From Myxococcales bacterium (GTDB lineage Bacteria > Myxococcota > UBA727 > VGSZ01): a stretch of DNA of 64,000 nucleotides. The position numbers were made by a program, and so were the translations under genes. The stretch is from positions 25,177 to 89,176 of the forward strand of contig JAHFED010000015.1 of NCBI GenBank assembly GCA_023248635.1. Reading direction: 5' to 3'. Positions 58,950-64,000 of this stretch are shown one piece after another (position 1 is the first letter of the stretch; each line of letters opens with the position of its first letter). The notes under the pieces were generated by a model. The model made no database searches. It saw only the letters and a list, made by a program, of their open reading frames with translations, and had not been told where the DNA came from.

Positions 58950-61900
58950 ATGAAGCGTCTTCTTGTCGTCGCCCTGCCCCTGCTCGCCCTCGCCTGCGGC
59001 CGCGCCACCGACTCTGCCGCAGAAGGAGAAGGAGAAGGAGAAGGAACAGGAGAAGGAGAAGGAGAAGGAGAAGGAACAGGAGAAGGAGAAGGAGAAGGAA
59101 CAGGAGAAGGAACAGGAGAAGGGGAAGGAGAAGGAGAAGGAGAAGGAGAAGGAACAGGAGAAGGGGAAGGAGAAGGAGAAGGAACAGGAGAAGGAGAAGG
59201 AGAAGGAGAAGGAACAGGAGAAGGAGAAGGAACAGGAGAAGGAGAAGGAGAAGGAGAAGGAGAAGGAGAAGGCGGGGGTGGCTCACAAGGTGAGGGTGAG
59301 GGTGAGGGCGATCCGGAGCCTGCCGCTTGTGAGGGGGTCCTGGATTTCTGTGCCAACGGATTGTTCTGTGACGGCTTCGAGACCTGCGACCCCCTCAGCA
59401 TCGCCGCCGACGTTGACGGCTGTGTCTCTGGCCAGCCGCCGGATGCCCTGGACGCCGTCGGCTGTACGGTAGACATCTGCGACGAGGGCGCGGACGTCGG
59501 GGACAACGTCGGCTCGTTCACGCATCAACCCGACAGTGGCTTCTGCAGCGATGGCGTGTTCTGCAACGGCGATGAACAGTGTGCGCCGGGCGCGCCGGGG
59601 GCTGATGCTGTGACCGGCTGTCGTGCCGTTCCCCGCAACCTCGACGATGGCTCGGTGTGCACCACCGACGGTTGCAATGAGGGCGACCATCAGATCACCC
59701 ACGTCGCCGTCGACGTCGACGATGCCGACGCCTGCACCAACGACTTCTGCGACGAGGCAACCGGCGAGTTCCATGAAGACGCCGGGATCGAAGACGACGG
59801 CAACGTGTGCACCCTCGACGGCTGCGACAGCGTCACCGGCCCCACGCACGATCCGATCGATTTCGACGACGACATCGGCTGCACCGTGGACACTTGCGAT
59901 CCCATCACCGGCCTGCGGCACGACCACAACAACGTCGTCTGCGACGACGGTCAATTCTGCAACGGTGATGAGCAGTGTGCACCCGGGTCTTCTGGTGCCA
60001 ACGCGACCACAGGCTGCAAGAGCGTCGGCCGCGCCTTGGACGACGGCTCGGTCTGCACGACGGATGGGTGCGATGAAGAAAACGACCAGATCACCCACGT
60101 CGCTGTCGACGTAGACGATGCCGATGCTTGCACCAACGACTTCTGCGACGATGCGACGGGCGAGTTCCACGAGGTCAGCAGCATCCAAGACGATGACAAT
60201 GTCTGCACCCTCGACGGCTGCGACAGCGTCACCGGCCCCACGCACGATCCCATCGACTTCGACGACGACATCGGTTGCACCGTGGATCATTGCAATCCAA
60301 TCACTGGCCCGAGTCACGACAGCAACAATGGTTTCTGCGACGATGGTCAATTTTGCAACGGTGATGAGCAGTGCGCACCGGGGGCCTCAGGTGCCAATGC
60401 GCTCACCGGTTGCAAGGCCGTCGCCCGCGACCTCAGCGATGGCAGCCTCTGTACAAGCGATGGCTGCGATGAGGAGACCAATCAGATCACGCACACCGCC
60501 GTCGGCACCAACGACAACAACGCCTGCACCGTCGACTCCTGTGATCCGATCGCGGGCGTGTCCCACGTTGGCGTCGATCCCAACGACGGCATCGGCTGCA
60601 CCAACGACAGCTGCGATCCCAGCGCCGGGGTCTCCCATACCCCCAACAACGGCTTCTGCGACGACGCCCTGTTCTGCACTGGTGTCGAGCAATGCTCTCC
60701 CGGCGCGCCCCAAGCCGACGGCGCCTCGGGCTGCTTGGCGGTGCCGCTGCAAACCAACGACAACAACGCCTGCACCACCGACTCCTGCAACGAGGGAGCC
60801 GATCAGGTCACCCACGATCCCATCAACGCCAGCGACGGCGACTCGTGCACTGCCGACTCTTGCGACCCGTCCTCGGGCCCAATTCACGATCCCGGCCCGT
60901 TCACCCACGTCGGGGACTTCACCATCGACGAAGCCAGCGACGTCACCGGGCTGAGCACCAAGTGCTTGGTGACGGGCAGTCTCGTTGTGACAGCGAATGA
61001 TCTCGCCAACCTCTCGCTGCCAGACTTAAGGGCCATCAGCGGGGAGCTCAACGTCGATGGCAACACCACCCTCGAGAGCGTCGAGCTCACGGCACTGCAG
61101 GGCGTTGGCGGCCGGGTCCGCGTCTCCAACAACGCCGCCCTGGAGCAGCTCTCGCTGCCGCTGCTGACGGGGGTTGGGGGAAGCGTCGAGGTCGTCGGCA
61201 ACCCTGTCTTGACCAGCTTCTCGTTCGACGCGCTCTCTGGCCTCGGCGGCGCCATCGACATTTCCAACAACGCGGCGCTGACAACCTTCACGATGGCCGG
61301 GGTGCCGAACGCCGACCGCGTCGACATTCGGACCAATGCGGCGTTGACCAACTTCTCCCTGCCGGCGCTCGCCGACTGCGGCAATTCCATCATTGATTCG
61401 AATGCCGTGCTGACGATCATCGACCTCCCCGAGCTGCAAGGCATCGACAACTTCCAGATCCTCAACAACGCGGGTCTCGCGACCCTGTCGCTGCCGGCCC
61501 TGGAGACGGCGGGCGGCATCTTGGAAGTCTTCAACTGTGACGCCTTGACGACCGCCAGCCTGCCGCTCTTGGCCGCCGTCAACGGGCTCGACCTCCAGGG
61601 CAACCTCGGTCTGACCACCATTTCGCTGCCGGTGCTCGCCACGGCCGCTGGCAACGTCCAGATCGTCGCCAACGACACCCTGCCGAGCGTCTCCCTGCCC
61701 GCGCTCACCAACGTCAACGGCAATCTTCAAATCGATTCCAATGCTGCGCTGACCAGCCTCTCGCTCCCCGTGTTCAACAGCGGCGGGTTCAACGTCTCCG
61801 TCGTCAACGACGACCTCCTGACCAGCATTTCCTTGCCGGTCCTGACCGTCATTTCTCAATCGCTCTTCATCCAAGATGACTCTTCCCTGTCGAACATTTC

Positions 61901-62009
61901 GCTCCCACAGCTCAGCAGCGTCGGCGGTGCCGTGCTCATCTCCCAGGACGACGCCTTGACGAGCTGCACCGGAGCGCTGATCGTGAACGTGGGGGACTGC
62001 GTGCAATAG
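58950..62009 (+). CDS. Surface lipoprotein: (GE/GT)n linker, CTxDxC Cys-rich repeats, receptor-L-like LRR domain
   Basis: LALAC lipobox; DD..CT.D.CD..G..H repeats; L..LSLP.L..V.G.L.I..N repeats. Confidence 0.88.
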   Translation: MKRLLVVALPLLALACGRATDSAAEGEGEGEGTGEGEGEGEGTGEGEGEGTGEGTGEGEGEGEGEGEGTGEGEGEGEGTGEGEGEGEGTGEGEGTGEGEGEGEGEGEGGGGSQGEGEGEGDPEPAACEGVLDFCANGLFCDGFETCDPLSIAADVDGCVSGQPPDALDAVGCTVDICDEGADVGDNVGSFTHQPDSGFCSDGVFCNGDEQCAPGAPGADAVTGCRAVPRNLDDGSVCTTDGCNEGDHQITHVAVDVDDADACTNDFCDEATGEFHEDAGIEDDGNVCTLDGCDSVTGPTHDPIDFDDDIGCTVDTCDPITGLRHDHNNVVCDDGQFCNGDEQCAPGSSGANATTGCKSVGRALDDGSVCTTDGCDEENDQITHVAVDVDDADACTNDFCDDATGEFHEVSSIQDDDNVCTLDGCDSVTGPTHDPIDFDDDIGCTVDHCNPITGPSHDSNNGFCDDGQFCNGDEQCAPGASGANALTGCKAVARDLSDGSLCTSDGCDEETNQITHTAVGTNDNNACTVDSCDPIAGVSHVGVDPNDGIGCTNDSCDPSAGVSHTPNNGFCDDALFCTGVEQCSPGAPQADGASGCLAVPLQTNDNNACTTDSCNEGADQVTHDPINASDGDSCTADSCDPSSGPIHDPGPFTHVGDFTIDEASDVTGLSTKCLVTGSLVVTANDLANLSLPDLRAISGELNVDGNTTLESVELTALQGVGGRVRVSNNAALEQLSLPLLTGVGGSVEVVGNPVLTSFSFDALSGLGGAIDISNNAALTTFTMAGVPNADRVDIRTNAALTNFSLPALADCGNSIIDSNAVLTIIDLPELQGIDNFQILNNAGLATLSLPALETAGGILEVFNCDALTTASLPLLAAVNGLDLQGNLGLTTISLPVLATAAGNVQIVANDTLPSVSLPALTNVNGNLQIDSNAALTSLSLPVFNSGGFNVSVVNDDLLTSISLPVLTVISQSLFIQDDSSLSNISLPQLSSVGGAVLISQDDALTSCTGALIVNVGDCVQ
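59022..59309 (+). repeat. Near-homopurine (GAAGGA)n / ACAGGA coding repeat
   Basis: About 250 bp almost entirely A/G on the + strand, encoding GEGEGEGT. Confidence 0.95.
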
Positions 62010-62058
62010 CTGCGGGCTGCGCGGCCGTCGTCGGCGCTGGTGACTGCGGTCGAAGCCC

Positions 62059-63126
62059 TCAGCGGATCGAAGTGCGACAGGACCCCACGTGCACACCGAC
62101 GGCGTCGACGTCGACGACGCGGGCGTTGGATTGCACGACGCTTTGCTGCACCTGCACGCCGCTCCTCACCGTGATGCCGGGGCCGATGACGGCAAAGGGT
62201 CCCAGGCGGGCGTTGGCTTCGACGACGCAGCCGGCATCGAGGAGCAGAGGGCCTCGCAGGGTCGCCTTCGCATGCACTCGCGCGCTGGGATGAACAAAGA
62301 CGCGCCCAGGACCTTCAACGAAGCGGGCAAAGGGCCGCAGATGGGCCAAGACGACGTCGCCGGAGAGCAGGAGCCGGTTGGCCTCCCACAGGCGTTCGGC
62401 AGTGCCTGTGTCGAAGAAGAAGCCGGCGTGATCGAAGGCCTGCAAGTGGGCGCCCTCGTTCAACCAGTGGGGATAGCCCTCCTTGTTGATGCAGCTCTCG
62501 GCACCGCGCACCGTCGGGAGCAGCGTGGCGTCGTCGACGTCGACGGCGGGGAGCACATCGAGGGCCCGGGGCTGCACGCAGTGCCAGCCACAGAACATGC
62601 GCTCGCGCGCCACCGCACCGCGCGCTTTGATGCGGCCAGCGAAGGTCAGGATGCGGTCGTCGACGTCGGTGCCGATGGCCCCGTAGGTCGCAGCATCGGG
62701 CACGGACTTGAGCACCAAGGTCGACAGGGGCGCGGGGTCGGTGCCCATCAAGCCAGCAACGTCGAGATCGATGAGGGCGTCGGCGTTGGCGATGAGCGCG
62801 CGTCCTCGGGCGGGCAGCACGTGGCGCAATCCCAGCAAGCCGCCGCCGGTGCCGAGTGCGGTGGGCTCATAGGTGTAGTGCAGGCGCAGCGGGGTGCCGT
62901 CAACGTCGACGGCGCTGCCGAGTGCTTGGGGAATCTGGGGATGCAGCCAGTGGGAATTGACGGCGACGTCGACGACGCCGGCATCTTTCAGCAGCTGCAG
63001 CGCGTGCACGATGAGCGGACGACCGCAGACCTCGAGCAGGGGCTTGGGCCTCTCGGCGGTCAAGGGCCGCAGGCGGGTGCCGAGACCAGCAGCGAGGATC
63101 CAGGCGACCGTGCCGTCGGAAGACAT
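62059..63126 (-). CDS. Sugar-phosphate nucleotidyltransferase (GCD1/MurU-like) with C-terminal beta-helix
   Basis: ILAAGLGTRLRPLT..PKPL, LGTGGG, NAD, DTGT; ATG 63126. Confidence 0.9.
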   Translation of the reverse strand: MSSDGTVAWILAAGLGTRLRPLTAERPKPLLEVCGRPLIVHALQLLKDAGVVDVAVNSHWLHPQIPQALGSAVDVDGTPLRLHYTYEPTALGTGGGLLGLRHVLPARGRALIANADALIDLDVAGLMGTDPAPLSTLVLKSVPDAATYGAIGTDVDDRILTFAGRIKARGAVARERMFCGWHCVQPRALDVLPAVDVDDATLLPTVRGAESCINKEGYPHWLNEGAHLQAFDHAGFFFDTGTAERLWEANRLLLSGDVVLAHLRPFARFVEGPGRVFVHPSARVHAKATLRGPLLLDAGCVVEANARLGPFAVIGPGITVRSGVQVQQSVVQSNARVVDVDAVGVHVGSCRTSIR

Positions 63127-63190
63127 GGACGGGATGTAGCCGACGTCGTCGTCGACGTCTCGCTCTTGTGCGCGCCGCGCCACCCTTTTT

Positions 63191-63847
63191 TCAGGCCGCG
63201 ACGAAGGCATCGAGGCGCAGCGGCGGTCGGGAGAGCAAGAGATAGGCGCGGGTCTCGGCACCAGGGTTCTTGAGCTTCGACGACGGCGCCTTTTCAAGAC
63301 GCGCCAGCGTCTTGGACATCAACTCTGAGATCTCCCCCTGCCGTCCCGCGGACACATCGAAGATCACGACCTGCTTGGGCAGCTGCACCGAGGCGCCACC
63401 GCGCAGGCGCAACCGATAGATGCCAAGTCCGCGCACATTCCAGATGACGTCGACGACGCCGAAGTTGAAGGTCCACAGGGCCGAAGGCGCATCCCGGCCG
63501 CGGCGCACGGTCAGGGCGGGCAGGCCGTTGCCGCCGAGGGCCCGCGGTTTCTGCAGGGTGAGCTCCATCTCGGAGGGTTGGTCGAGACCCGAGAGCACGG
63601 TGGCGCAGACCACTTCGGCCGCGGTCTCGAGGAGGTGAAATGCACCGTGCTGCAGGACGAAGGCGACTTCGCCGACGACGCGGGCGTAGTCGACGGTGTG
63701 GGCCAGGCTCTCTTCTTGGGCAGCGCGCCGGGTGTCGAGCTCGAAGGCGAGGCCCACGCGCAGGGGCTGGGGGTGGCGGCGCTCTTCGGGATAGACGCCG
63801 ATGATGCACTCGACCTCGACGTCGCTGACCCGCAACACCGTGCTCAC
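63191..63847 (-). CDS. folB: Dihydroneopterin aldolase with C-terminal extension
   Basis: CIIGVYPEER..QPL, TVDY, FHLLETAAE, KPRAL; GTG 63847. Confidence 0.88.
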   Translation of the reverse strand: MSTVLRVSDVEVECIIGVYPEERRHPQPLRVGLAFELDTRRAAQEESLAHTVDYARVVGEVAFVLQHGAFHLLETAAEVVCATVLSGLDQPSEMELTLQKPRALGGNGLPALTVRRGRDAPSALWTFNFGVVDVIWNVRGLGIYRLRLRGGASVQLPKQVVIFDVSAGRQGEISELMSKTLARLEKAPSSKLKNPGAETRAYLLLSRPPLRLDAFVAA

Positions 63848-63860
63848 AGCGCAGCGCCCA

Positions 63861-64000
63861 TCAGTAGAGCACGGCGCCGACGGCCCAACGCAGGCCGAGG
63901 CGGGCGGTGGCGAGGTCGAGTTCGGCGCGCAAGGCATCGGTTTCAGCGACGAAGACCGCGAGATTCGCATCGCTGAGATCGAGCGCGGTGCCGACGCCGG
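63861..64000 (-). CDS. TolC-family outer-membrane efflux protein, C-terminal end (5' end outside the window)
   Basis: Own translation, not in the ORF track: GVGTALDLSDANLAVFVAETDALRAELDLATARLGLRWAVGAVLY*. Confidence 0.7.
   Translation of the reverse strand, partial: GVGTALDLSDANLAVFVAETDALRAELDLATARLGLRWAVGAVLY

Overview
GC-rich (roughly two-thirds G+C) bacterial DNA, most likely from a Myxococcota-type deltaproteobacterium, judging by an SgmX-like TPR protein next to an ExeA ATPase, myxobacterial Cys-rich repeats and (GE)n lipoproteins. About 50 genes can be read. Housekeeping genes include rpsD, yggX, tolQ, glgA, malQ, dus, hscB, folB and a nucleotidyltransferase. There is a signalling island (three lone receivers, a hybrid kinase, a REC-AAA-HTH-REC sigma-54 activator with a matching -24/-12 promoter, and a PAS kinase), four GE-linker lipoproteins, and a dispersed GTAG-type double-hairpin repeat that forms a 4-unit array. 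The best candidates for undescribed biology are: (1) a ligase/hydrolase cluster at 43.4-55.6 kb (two ATP-grasp ligases, two esterases, an S51-like hydrolase, a GCS2-CBS ligase and an M14 deacylase) near malQ; (2) an intact, translationally coupled nuoJKLMN-like membrane arm that appears to have lost its proton-pumping Glu/Lys residues and has no redox module nearby; (3) a LOG-LOG protein fused to a restriction-endonuclease-like C-terminal domain; (4) an AAC4-like nuclease-fold domain on a lipoprotein; (5) apparent over-iteration of the palindrome GTCGAC. All family calls come from motif recognition by eye; no database searches were run.
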